Shown here: piece after piece, positions 1 through 7,550 of the stretch
Layout: each line of letters starts with the position of its first letter
How positions within the stretch are numbered: position 1 is the first letter of the stretch
NCBI GenBank assembly: GCA_035496575.1
Contig: DATJEN010000195.1
Span: 511-64,510, forward strand
DNA: 64,000 bases
Origin: Pirellulales bacterium
GTDB taxonomy: Bacteria; Planctomycetota; Planctomycetia; Pirellulales; PALSA-1355
Direction: 5' to 3'
Notes under the pieces: generated by a model
Seen by the model: the letters and a program-made list of their open reading frames with translations, nothing else
The model's database searches: none
Told to the model about the DNA's origin: nothing
Translations under genes and position numbers: made by a program

Positions 1-193
1 CAACGGATGGCGCAAGGTATTGATCCCAGTTGACGAGCAGTTGCAGAAACTTGTCGAAACCGGCGACGATCGGCAATACCGCGAATCCGACTCGCAAGAT
101 CCAATAGGCCTGAAACGTGGGCCGGCTAGTAACCAACGAACGCCAATCGCTTCCGTGTCCGCCGACATATCCTTCGTGTAATGCTTGTGACAT
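1..193 (-). CDS. N-terminal part of a small integral-membrane protein (DoxX-like?), truncated by the window edge
   Basis: Absent from the ORF track because it has no stop in the window. Reverse-strand ATG at 193..191 with GAGAGG about 9 nt upstream. Hand translation MSQALHEGYVGGHGSDWRSLVTSRPTFQAYWILRVGFAVLPIVAGFDKFLQLLVNWDQYLAPSV contains one clear hydrophobic helix. The family guess rests on recollection only. Confidence 0.4.
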   Translation of the reverse strand, partial: MSQALHEGYVGGHGSDWRSLVTSRPTFQAYWILRVGFAVLPIVAGFDKFLQLLVNWDQYLAPSV

Positions 194-465
194 GGCTTGT
201 ACCTCTCGGGACCTCGGAACGCGCGCAAACCCACGGCATTAAAGAGGCAAATCCAATGCCGAAGGCGCCCAGGGGATCCTGCCGCCTCGATTACGCCGGA
301 AGCGATTTTGGAGCGGACGGTACGACAATTTGAGGGGATTTTGCGATGATCCCGCCGATACGACCCGGATCTGCGGGCTTTTACAGGCTTCTGGCGCCGG
401 ACCTATATTTTCAAGGCTACCGGTGGGCGGAAGAACCGCTCGAACAAAGACTCGGCAGAAATACC

Positions 466-981
466 ATGTTCCTGAATTCGTCCGACGATAGTGCTTCCGC
501 GGCCGTCGAGCGGCGAGATGCTTACCGCTGCCGCGCACCTGGCGCACGTAGCGCGCGGCTGCGCCTTGGCAAACAAAAGTTTGAAGTTGCCGTGCTCGAC
601 GAGTCGGCCAACGGCTATGCGGTCAGCCTGGTTTCCCAGCGGCCCATCGAGTGTCAGGTCGGCCAGCGCCTGTTGTTGACGCTCGATGGCGAAACACTGG
701 AAGTTACTGTGGCCAATGTGAGTTCGGAAACCATTCCGCCAACCGGCCCGAACGAGCCGCCCATCATCCGCGCGCGGCTGGGTTTGACGCGCGCTGCCGA
801 GTATTCAGCGCGCCGAATTGCAACGGCCAAGCGCCCGAGGCTGTTCGCCACCACGCCTCTCCATAGAATTTGGGCGGCCGTCGTTTGTCTCTTCTTGATT
901 GCGATGGCGATCGCGGTGCTCACGGGGCTTCTAGGTGATCTTCAGCACAGTGTGTCGTACTGGTTCTATCGGCTCCAGTAA
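466..981 (+). CDS. PilZ-domain protein with C-terminal transmembrane anchor (putative c-di-GMP receptor)
   Basis: Track ORF 346..981 trimmed to the ATG at 466 (MFLNSSDD...). Both PilZ signature motifs are present about 25 aa apart: RRDAYR (RRxxxR) and DESANG (DxSxxG). The C-terminus has a hydrophobic helix, IWAAVVCLFLIAMAIAVLTGLLG. Confidence 0.6.
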   Translation: MFLNSSDDSASAAVERRDAYRCRAPGARSARLRLGKQKFEVAVLDESANGYAVSLVSQRPIECQVGQRLLLTLDGETLEVTVANVSSETIPPTGPNEPPIIRARLGLTRAAEYSARRIATAKRPRLFATTPLHRIWAAVVCLFLIAMAIAVLTGLLGDLQHSVSYWFYRLQ

Positions 982-1043
982 GGCTGAATGATTTGAACCC
1001 TGCGCCGCGCCGTGGTAAGGCAGAACGTGGCCCGATACGAGAT

Positions 1044-1814
1044 TTAACGGGGCGTAATGGCCTGGGCGTTTAGCTGTGCCGGCACGCGACCGCGCAAGAC
1101 GTAAGACAGCTCGCCGCGGTGGGGCTGGCCCATGCTGGCCCACACCAGCGAGTGTGTCGTGCCCAGCAGGCGATCGATCTCCTTGCGGTCTGCCTCACTG
1201 TGAAACTCGACATGGATCACGGTGACGTTGGGCAGACTGGGGGCCAGACAGCGCAGAATCGCCAGCTCGGCGCCCTCGGTATCCAGCTTGAGGATGTCGA
1301 TGGCCATTAACTTCTCCTCCGCCAGCACCGCGTCTGCCGCGCGCAGGCTGACCTGCAAGTCGCTGTGGGTCGCAGCGTCTGGACTGGCACCCAAAGAATT
1401 AGTCACCGGGTCGGCCAGCCCGCGATATAGCGGCGCCGTTTTGTCGACGTCCGCCAGCCCAAACTGGAAGACGCTGATCCGCGGCATGCCCTGCACGTTG
1501 CGACACAGCAGCTCATAGCTTTGGGGGTCCGGCTCAAACGCCAGGATCCGCGACTGGGGATAGTTTGCGGCAAAATAAAGCGTGGCCGCGCCAATGTTGG
1601 CGCCCACGTCCAGCACGGTCTTCACGTCCTCGATATAGGGCAAGCGGGGATAGCTCTTGCCGCTCAGCACTTCCTGCAGTACGGCCCGCCCCAGCTGCGT
1701 GTCGTAAAACCAAAACTGGCGCTGCTCGCCGTTGAGCGTCAGATTGGTCGACGCGACCTGATACGTTTTGGTGTCTTTTTCTTGTGCTCGCATAAACTCA
1801 GTCCGAAGCAACAC
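1044..1814 (-). CDS. FkbM-family SAM-dependent methyltransferase
   Basis: VLDVGANIGAATLYFA (SAM-binding glycine motif), FEPDPQSYELL and LKLDTEGAELAIL are typical of the FkbM family. The track start at 1814 is GTG. An in-frame ATG at 1793 (MRAQEKD) is an equally plausible start. Confidence 0.8.
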   Translation of the reverse strand: MLLRTEFMRAQEKDTKTYQVASTNLTLNGEQRQFWFYDTQLGRAVLQEVLSGKSYPRLPYIEDVKTVLDVGANIGAATLYFAANYPQSRILAFEPDPQSYELLCRNVQGMPRISVFQFGLADVDKTAPLYRGLADPVTNSLGASPDAATHSDLQVSLRAADAVLAEEKLMAIDILKLDTEGAELAILRCLAPSLPNVTVIHVEFHSEADRKEIDRLLGTTHSLVWASMGQPHRGELSYVLRGRVPAQLNAQAITPR

Positions 1815-1853
1815 ACCGCACGATTTCCAATACTCGCCAGTGCAGCTTCGCGG

Positions 1854-3836
1854 TCAGTCCTTCACGATCGGCAGCCCGAAGGCGAGCAGTTCGGCGGGTT
1901 CCGTGCGGCCGCCGGCGGCGATGAGGATGTACTGCCGGCCGGCGTGAAGAAAGCTCATGGGGGAGCCGTGGAGTATGCGGTCGATTTTCTTGCTGTGCAG
2001 CAGTGAGCCGGTGGCCTTGTCGTAGGCTTGCAGGAACGAGCCACGGGCCTTGCGGTCGCCCAGTTCGTCGACGTCGGGAAGAAAGGTTACGAGAAGCGTC
2101 TTGGTGACCAGAATGCCGCCTTCGGCCAGAACGCCGGCCTGAAATTGCGTTCCCAGCGGGCCGAGGTTGAGGTGCTTGATGGCCGGATGCTGCGTGGGGC
2201 CCTGGCCGAAAGCGATTTGCCAGACGTGTTCTCCCCGGTTCAGGTCGATGGCCGTGATGCGCCGGTAGGGAGGTTTTAATAGCGGAAGCCCCTGCGGTCC
2301 GCGGGAGTCGAATGTGCCGCCGCCCCAATTGTTGATGTAGTCGAAGTTCGAGCGGCTCGCATCGGGCTTCATTAGCGACATGACCGATGGCCGGGTAACC
2401 GAGGGGATGTACAGGATGCCCGACTGAGGATCAATCGAGGCGCCCGGCCAATTTGCGCCGCCTTCAGCGCCAGGCACGACCATGGTTCCCTTCTTACCGT
2501 CCTTATCGAACACGGTCAGCGGCGTAAAGAGCGGACCGGCGACGTATTGGTCCAAGATTTTTTTGCCTTCAGCGCGTAGCTCGGGTGTAAAGTCGATCAA
2601 GTCGTCTTCAGAAACCCCCTGACGTTCGAAGGCGGGAGGCTTGGTCGGGTAGGGCTGCGTCGGCGCGGCTTGTTCGTTGGGCACCGGCGACGAGGCGACG
2701 GAGCGTTCTTCGATCGGCCAAACGGGCTGGCCCGTGACGCGGTTGAATACATACGTGAAACCTTGTTTGCTGACCTGGGCGACAGCCTTAATCGGTTTTC
2801 CGTCAACGGTGATATCAACCAGGTTGGGCGCGCAGGGAAAATCGTAGTCCCACATGCCATGGTGCACGGCCTGGAAGTGCCACACGCGCTGGCCCGTGGT
2901 GGCATCGAGACAGACCAGGCATTCGGCGAAAAGATTGTCGCCTTTGCGATGTCCGCCGTAATAGTCGTTGGTGGGCGTTCCGAAAGGAAGATAGACGTAG
3001 CCCAGCTCGTCGTCGGCGCTCATCATCGACCAGACGTTCGTGTTTCCGGTGTACTTCCAGGAGTCGCCTTTCCAGGTCTCGTTACCAAATTCGCCTTCCT
3101 GCGGGATGCTTCGGAAAACCCATTTGAGCTGACCGGTGCGGACGTCGTAGCCGCGAATGTGACCCGGAGGGGCCTCCTTGGTAGTCGTAAAATCGTTGAT
3201 GATCGAACCGACGATCACCGTATCGCGACAAACGATCACCGGTGAGCTGTGCGCGATTTCGCGAATGTTGACCTTACGTCCAAGATCCTGCGTGAGGTCC
3301 ACCACTCCGTTTTGGCCGAAACTTGGATCTATCTTACCGGTCTTGGCATTGACCGAAACGAGTTGCCGACCGCCGGTGGCGATCAGCACGCGTTCTTCTT
3401 TGCCGTCGGTCCAGTATTCCAGCCCGCGATGGTGAAAGATGCCGTGGGTGATGGGCCCCTTCTCGTAACTCTTGGGGTCGTGCACCCAGCGGGTGTGCCC
3501 AGTTTCAGGGTCGATCGCGGCGACCTGGCAAAAGTTGGTGCACATATAGACGGCGCCGTCGACGTATAACGGCGTACCGCGAAAGTCATAGGCCCGAAAG
3601 CGCGTCTTGTCCTTGAGATCCTTGTCGGCCGATTCCCAGCGCCACAAAATCTCGAGATCCTTGAAGTTGTCCTTGTCGATCTGGTTGAGCGGCGTGTATT
3701 TCGTCGATCCGTGGTCACCGGCATAATGCGACCAGCCACCGCCCGTTGCTCCGCTTTGCCCGAATGCCGGCGCCGCGATCACGGCCAGAGCGATAATTTC
3801 CGCCAGACGGATGGCCAACAAGAAAGATCGATGCAT
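1854..3836 (-). CDS. PQQ-dependent (quinoprotein) dehydrogenase, secreted beta-propeller
   Basis: Track ORF 1854..4136 trimmed to the ATG at 3836, which gives the signal peptide MHRSFLLAIRLAEIIALAVIAAPAFGQ. There are repeated DxxTGxxxW propeller motifs (DPETGHTRWVHD, DATTGQRVWHFQ). Length and N-terminal pattern (WSHYAGDHGSTKYTPLNQI) match glucose/alcohol quinoprotein dehydrogenases. Confidence 0.85.
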   Translation of the reverse strand: MHRSFLLAIRLAEIIALAVIAAPAFGQSGATGGGWSHYAGDHGSTKYTPLNQIDKDNFKDLEILWRWESADKDLKDKTRFRAYDFRGTPLYVDGAVYMCTNFCQVAAIDPETGHTRWVHDPKSYEKGPITHGIFHHRGLEYWTDGKEERVLIATGGRQLVSVNAKTGKIDPSFGQNGVVDLTQDLGRKVNIREIAHSSPVIVCRDTVIVGSIINDFTTTKEAPPGHIRGYDVRTGQLKWVFRSIPQEGEFGNETWKGDSWKYTGNTNVWSMMSADDELGYVYLPFGTPTNDYYGGHRKGDNLFAECLVCLDATTGQRVWHFQAVHHGMWDYDFPCAPNLVDITVDGKPIKAVAQVSKQGFTYVFNRVTGQPVWPIEERSVASSPVPNEQAAPTQPYPTKPPAFERQGVSEDDLIDFTPELRAEGKKILDQYVAGPLFTPLTVFDKDGKKGTMVVPGAEGGANWPGASIDPQSGILYIPSVTRPSVMSLMKPDASRSNFDYINNWGGGTFDSRGPQGLPLLKPPYRRITAIDLNRGEHVWQIAFGQGPTQHPAIKHLNLGPLGTQFQAGVLAEGGILVTKTLLVTFLPDVDELGDRKARGSFLQAYDKATGSLLHSKKIDRILHGSPMSFLHAGRQYILIAAGGRTEPAELLAFGLPIVKD

Positions 3837-3954
3837 GAGTTGGTTTCCTAAACGGGCATTTCTGGGTATTGGTTGAGCCTGAAACCAATCCGGGTGAAGC
3901 TGGCCGCCGAGCGGGCGTGGCGGCGCGTGCGGGATTCCTGTGCCGACGCCAATA

Positions 3955-4278
3955 TCAGGCCGGTTTCGCCTTTTGAGTCGGTGCGTTCGACTTGCGCGAC
4001 GACGAAATCGTTTCGAACAAGTTCGCGAGGGACTTGGCTCTCGAAACACCCATCTTGGCTTGCAGGACGCGCTCGACATCTTCGGCCGACATGCCGCGCT
4101 GGACCATTTCGATTTTGATCGTGGCCTCCATCTCATCCAACAGCGTCCTGCGCTTGTAAACCGCGATCACGATGGTGACGGACAAGATGATCGCGCCGAC
4201 AATTGCAACCAGACCGATGGCCATGCCGCACAGTGCGAGAAACTCACTGCTGTACCGCGTTGTGGCGACTTCGTGCAT
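3955..4278 (-). CDS. small single-pass membrane protein, unknown function
   Basis: ATG at 4278 with GGGAGA about 7 nt upstream. One transmembrane helix (FLALCGMAIGLVAIVGAIILSVTIVIAVY) is followed by a charged helical tail. The ORF is non-overlapping once the PQQ gene start is trimmed. Confidence 0.55.
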   Translation of the reverse strand: MHEVATTRYSSEFLALCGMAIGLVAIVGAIILSVTIVIAVYKRRTLLDEMEATIKIEMVQRGMSAEDVERVLQAKMGVSRAKSLANLFETISSSRKSNAPTQKAKPA

Positions 4279-4676
4279 GATTCAGTCTCCCGCCGTCAGG
4301 CCACGTTGATGCGAGTCAGCCCGCTCTTTAGGATTCGCCGCGCCAGGGGCCAATCTTGGAGCGTCGCTCAGATGGGCGCAATATAGCACAGGTTCCACGC
4401 GGTGGAGCGGAGAGGCAAGGCATCCCCTTCGGTAGACCGTTCGACCACGGCTAGGGGACAGGGCTAGGGGAGGCTATTCAACCTGTCGACTGGCGCGCTC
4501 ACGATCGCAGTGCCAGAGCCGAGTCGAGTGGGACAAGTTAGCCGGCCCGCGCCGGGAACTCATGGCTCGCCGGGACGGAGCGAACGCCCGTACGCTTGCC
4601 AAAAACCCAAAGTCTCTGAGGCTCCTGCCTCTAAAAGTGAACCGGGTCTAGAGTCTGTGGTCTCTTGCCTATTCAC

Positions 4677-4748
4677 GACGCTCAAGCCCAACGGCGCGGC
4701 AACTGCCTGCAAAGCAGTTCACAGCGGGTTCGACTCCCGCCGGCGTCT
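4677..4748 (+). tRNA. tRNA-Cys(GCA)-like gene, 72 nt, one acceptor-stem mismatch
   Basis: Hand fold: GACGCTC AA GCC CAACGGCGC GGC A ACTGC CTGCAAA GCAGT TCACA GCGGG TTCGACT CCCGC CGGCGTC T. It has a 3-bp D stem, a GCA anticodon, a canonical T loop and discriminator U73 as expected for Cys. Pair 6-67 is a U-G wobble and pair 7-66 is a C-C mismatch. A cleaner tRNA-Cys lies at 35201..35272. Confidence 0.5.
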
Positions 4749-4762
4749 TTGGAGATTTGGGG

Positions 4763-5431
4763 CTACATCCCCGTGAGCTTCCGCAACTCATCGTAAGCGG
4801 CTGCGCGATCTTCAGGGGCAGCATGCTCCCCGAATCGGATGAAGAATGGTCGCATCGCCCAATCGAACTCGGACTCAGCATGTCCGGTTAGGTAGCACAG
4901 TAAGGCAGCATATTGAACGGCTACCTCTGGTCGTCGTCTCGTCTCAGCCAACAGTGCTCGCAGAACTTCGTCGTGGGGAAACCGAGCGGCCAGCCGCAAC
5001 GCGGTTGTCATGCCGTCCAAGAGAGTCGCCTTGCCGAGCGAGTCGGCAATAATCGGTGCAATATCGGGCAGCTCGCCGAGAGCGTGGAGGGCATCCGCCG
5101 CGTGAAGCCGCGTATCTGTTAGGGAACTAGAAAGGGAATGGGCTAATGCCCGTCTAGCATCCGGCGAGGCGATTGTGCGCAACACTTCAATTGCTCGCCA
5201 CCCCTGCGTTTGATCACCCATCAATCGAACGACGTCAGTTTGTTCGATAGGTGACATGGCGCGCACGGCATCGAGGTCATATCCCACGCCATCGTGCCAG
5301 TCAGCATAGCTGAGCTTCATGCTTTGCACGAATCGCAGGTATTCGGCTGAGGGCTTCGTCATGTTGGATCGGCCTGCCATGTGACAGTAAGCGCGCTCGA
5401 AACCTCGGAATTCAGTCGTTGGATTGTACAC
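4763..5431 (-). CDS. hypothetical protein with HEAT/PBS-lyase-like helical repeats
   Basis: Long ORF whose composition is not antisense-like. It shows repeated helical hairpin patterns (DARRALAHSL, HAADALHALGELPD, EVLRALLAE). The start is uncertain: the track start at 5431 is GTG, in-frame ATGs lie at 5380 and 5362, and none has a good SD. Confidence 0.5.
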   Translation of the reverse strand: MYNPTTEFRGFERAYCHMAGRSNMTKPSAEYLRFVQSMKLSYADWHDGVGYDLDAVRAMSPIEQTDVVRLMGDQTQGWRAIEVLRTIASPDARRALAHSLSSSLTDTRLHAADALHALGELPDIAPIIADSLGKATLLDGMTTALRLAARFPHDEVLRALLAETRRRPEVAVQYAALLCYLTGHAESEFDWAMRPFFIRFGEHAAPEDRAAAYDELRKLTGM

Positions 5432-5744
5432 AATTCGTCAGATCGGAAGCTGCTTCGAGCAACTGGGTCGCTCGTGTCCATTCCCTTAGTTGATTCAGCC
5501 CTTTCCAGCGGCGCAGCGTAGGTCGTCCTCTATGAGAGGCGATTGCCGCCCATGCATTTCGTAAATGGGTTCTGAAAACGGTTGTGTCTGCCACAAGGTT
5601 AGCTCAGAAACAGAGCACCAGAGTTGAGTCTGGCTGTGGCAGGTCCGACTCCCGTACCAACGCGGCGAAAGAAGCCTGTGAGGGGCAGCGCCAAACCAAA
5701 CGCCCGCGGGCAGGTGATGCAAGATTGCGCACCGGCAAAAGAAG

Positions 5745-5821
5745 AGTGCTCCCTGATGGACTTGAACCATCAACCCTCTGATTAAGAGTCAGGGAAAGCC
5801 GTGTTTGCGTCAGATGCTCTG
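5745..5821 (-). pseudogene. tRNA-Lys(CTT) 3' fragment (distal copy of a direct repeat)
   Basis: 5745..5792 is identical (48/48) to 8256..8303, which corresponds to tRNA-Lys positions 28-73 plus 2 nt downstream. A 21-nt insertion follows, flanked by a GTCAG duplication (5788..5792 and 5809..5813). Then 5811..5821 equals 8301..8311. The 5' acceptor strand and the 5' half of the D arm are missing. Confidence 0.85.
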
Positions 5822-5990
5822 TCGTTGATGACGTTTGACGGTGCAAGGATTTGCCGTTCCATCGGCTGTCCAATCGTGAAGAAGCTGTTTTGACCTGATC
5901 GAAGGTCACACCACCCCGCCCGTCGCGCAGGATGCGAGCCACGGCGGGCGGGGCTTTTGAAACCAACGAAAAAGCGAAATGTCTGACCGA

Positions 5991-6203
5991 CTAGAGTCCC
6001 AATGCTTTTTTGATGCCTTTTCGGCGAGCCTTTCGGCGAGCTTTCCGCTTGGCAACTCGCTTTTCTACTCCTTCGATTACATTCTCGACGGCTTTTTTGA
6101 TTCGACCAACAACCGTCTTTTTCCGTTTTCCAACGTTCTTCTTCACCGCCTTTTTTGTGGTCTTCTTTTTTTTCGACGCCGCTGCCTTCTTTTTCTTCGC
6201 CAT
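5991..6203 (-). CDS. lysine/arginine-rich histone H1-like small basic protein (70 aa)
   Basis: Track ORF 5991..6257 trimmed to the ATG at 6203, which is preceded by AGGAGG 4 nt upstream. Sequence begins MAKKKKAAASKKKKTTKKAVKK and ends RKARRKARRKGIKKALGL. By hand count it has 24 K and 8 R in 70 residues (46% basic). Confidence 0.7.
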   Translation of the reverse strand: MAKKKKAAASKKKKTTKKAVKKNVGKRKKTVVGRIKKAVENVIEGVEKRVAKRKARRKARRKGIKKALGL

Positions 6204-6274
6204 AAATCCTCCTGACCTTGTTGAGCTTCTGGACGCGCGCTCGCGCGTCGCTAGCATCGAACAGAGTGGTTTTT

Positions 6275-6295
6275 AACTGCTAACGGTTAGCAGTT
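6275..6295. promoter_or_regulatory. perfect 10-bp inverted repeat (candidate operator) in a divergent promoter region
   Basis: AACTGCTAAC G GTTAGCAGTT. It lies 72-92 nt upstream of the K-rich gene start (6203, minus strand) and about 180 nt upstream of the PEP-CTERM gene (6474, plus strand). No downstream T-run is present on either strand, so it is not a terminator. Confidence 0.4.
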
Positions 6296-6473
6296 CAACA
6301 AGCAGCAAATGGTGGCCACAAATGATTCGAGCTGAAACTATCCCGGCGGTTGCCTACCGTTCCCTTGCGCGTCGCGGAGCGAAGGCCCGGGCGCGCAGGG
6401 GTTTTCGCCCTTTCGGGCTGTTATACTTTGTGCGTCCCAGACCCAACGCCACCTACGACGGCCAACTTCACAG

Positions 6474-7070
6474 ATGACTGCTGCTTCGATTCGACAGGTC
6501 GTTTTTTCTGCCTTCTTGGTGGTTGGCTCTGCGACGCACCTCCTTGCTGCTTCAATTACATACGATGGTCTCAACCGACCAACAAGGATTCCTGCAATCA
6601 ATCTCCCGGGCCACGGGACTTTCGACGTTGTTGTTCGATACGAGTCATTTGAGAGTGTATTTGGGATTGGCAACCCCCCGAGCCCCTTGACACCTCTCTT
6701 TTGGGGCGACCTCGCCGGCGCCCAAGTAGCGACCGCCGCAATCGCCCAGGCACTAAATGATGACGGTCCCGTCTTGCCACAACTTCCTACTTCTGTTTTT
6801 CTGTTCTTTATGAGCGTGCCGTTCGACTACGATTCGAGACCGGGGAACACGTTCGGGTGGGTTAGGTCTCAGGATGTGTACGTTTTTACTTCTCAGCCGC
6901 ACCCTATGTACTCCGGTGGTGGAAGCGATGTGAACGCGCCAACCGCCAGCCTCGAATACGTCGGGTGGGCGAGCTTTGAAGTTGTTCCCGAACCCTCCAC
7001 GCTCTTCCTAGCCATGTTCGGACTCGTCGCCCTTCTCGCTACGTGGAACTGGCGCGTAATCCCGGAATAG
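6474..7070 (+). CDS. PEP-CTERM sorting-domain secreted protein
   Basis: N-terminal signal peptide (VVFSAFLVVGSATHLLAAS). The C-terminus reads VPEPSTLFLAMFGLVALLATWNWR, which is the PEP motif plus a TM helix plus a basic residue. Confidence 0.8.
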   Translation: MTAASIRQVVFSAFLVVGSATHLLAASITYDGLNRPTRIPAINLPGHGTFDVVVRYESFESVFGIGNPPSPLTPLFWGDLAGAQVATAAIAQALNDDGPVLPQLPTSVFLFFMSVPFDYDSRPGNTFGWVRSQDVYVFTSQPHPMYSGGGSDVNAPTASLEYVGWASFEVVPEPSTLFLAMFGLVALLATWNWRVIPE

Positions 7071-7230
7071 GTCAAGCCCGCGCACTTTAGCTGCGGGTGC
7101 ATCGGCCCTACGGTTTTGAACAGGAGCCCCGCTAGCGCGCGCTGGTGGTTGACGGCCTACAACACGTCGAGGGGGGCCGGAGCGCGGGAGAAGAGAGCGT
7201 AGCGAACAGTTTTCAGCAGATTGGCAGAGC

Positions 7231-7268
7231 GCGCCCGGTGCAGTCCATGAGGACAATGCACCGGGCGC
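7231..7268. terminator. 12-bp GC-rich hairpin between convergent genes (bidirectional terminator candidate)
   Basis: GCGCCCGGTGCA (7231..7242) pairs perfectly with TGCACCGGGCGC (7257..7268). It sits between the PEP-CTERM gene end (7070, plus) and the Nif11-like gene end (7287, minus). Only weak T-rich tracts flank it. Confidence 0.45.
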
Positions 7269-7286
7269 CACTGTTCTTGCCAGGCT

Positions 7287-7550
7287 TTAGTTCATGCAGC
7301 GAGCCGCAGAAATAAGCTGTTCGGCGGTGAACTGACAACCGGCGGGGCCTTTCGCGGCCAACCGAACGCGGGCCGCATCTTCATACTCTTTCGCCGTGAA
7401 ATTGAATCCGGCCGCCGTCGCGATTCGCACGATCTCCTCCAGTCCGTTCGTGTCGGTCATCTTGATCGCCGACAACTGCTCGCGAAGCTGCGCGTTCTTT
7501 TGAACCTGCTTCAAGAACGCATTGGCGTCGCGGTTTTGCTTGGTTTTCAT
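7287..7550 (-). CDS. Nif11-domain small protein (possible Nif11-type leader peptide precursor)
   Basis: 87 aa. AFLKQVQKNAQLREQLSAIKMTDTNGLEEIVRIATAAGFNFTAKEY matches the Nif11 N-terminal domain pattern (aFL..v..d..L...l......eeiv.iA...GF.ft.ee). It is followed by a 36-aa tail with two Cys (GCQFTAEQLISAARCMN). ATG at 7550. Confidence 0.7.
   Translation of the reverse strand: MKTKQNRDANAFLKQVQKNAQLREQLSAIKMTDTNGLEEIVRIATAAGFNFTAKEYEDAARVRLAAKGPAGCQFTAEQLISAARCMN

Noticed and set aside
1854-4136. N-terminal 100-aa extension of the PQQ dehydrogenase ORF. Similar long extensions occur for 13081, 21300, 25359, 29908, 32514, 51062..53173, 55671..56711, 59757 and 10626.
   Set aside because: The extensions are Arg/Pro/Ser-rich and overlap upstream genes or intergenic DNA. 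They precede an internal ATG that yields a proper signal peptide, a canonical N-terminus or a good SD. The track simply reports the longest ORF and accepts GTG and TTG starts.
4390-4748. Possible tmRNA (ssrA). GGGGAGGCTATTCAACCTGTCGACTGG near 4457 resembles the tmRNA 5' end, and a GGGTTCGACTCCC T-arm lies near 4725.
   Set aside because: The 3' element has an intact anticodon stem-loop (GCA) and a U discriminator, so it is a tRNA-Cys-type cloverleaf. The acceptor 3' strand (CGGCGTC) does not pair with the GGGGAGG candidate 5' end. No resume codon or tag ending in AA-stop was found.
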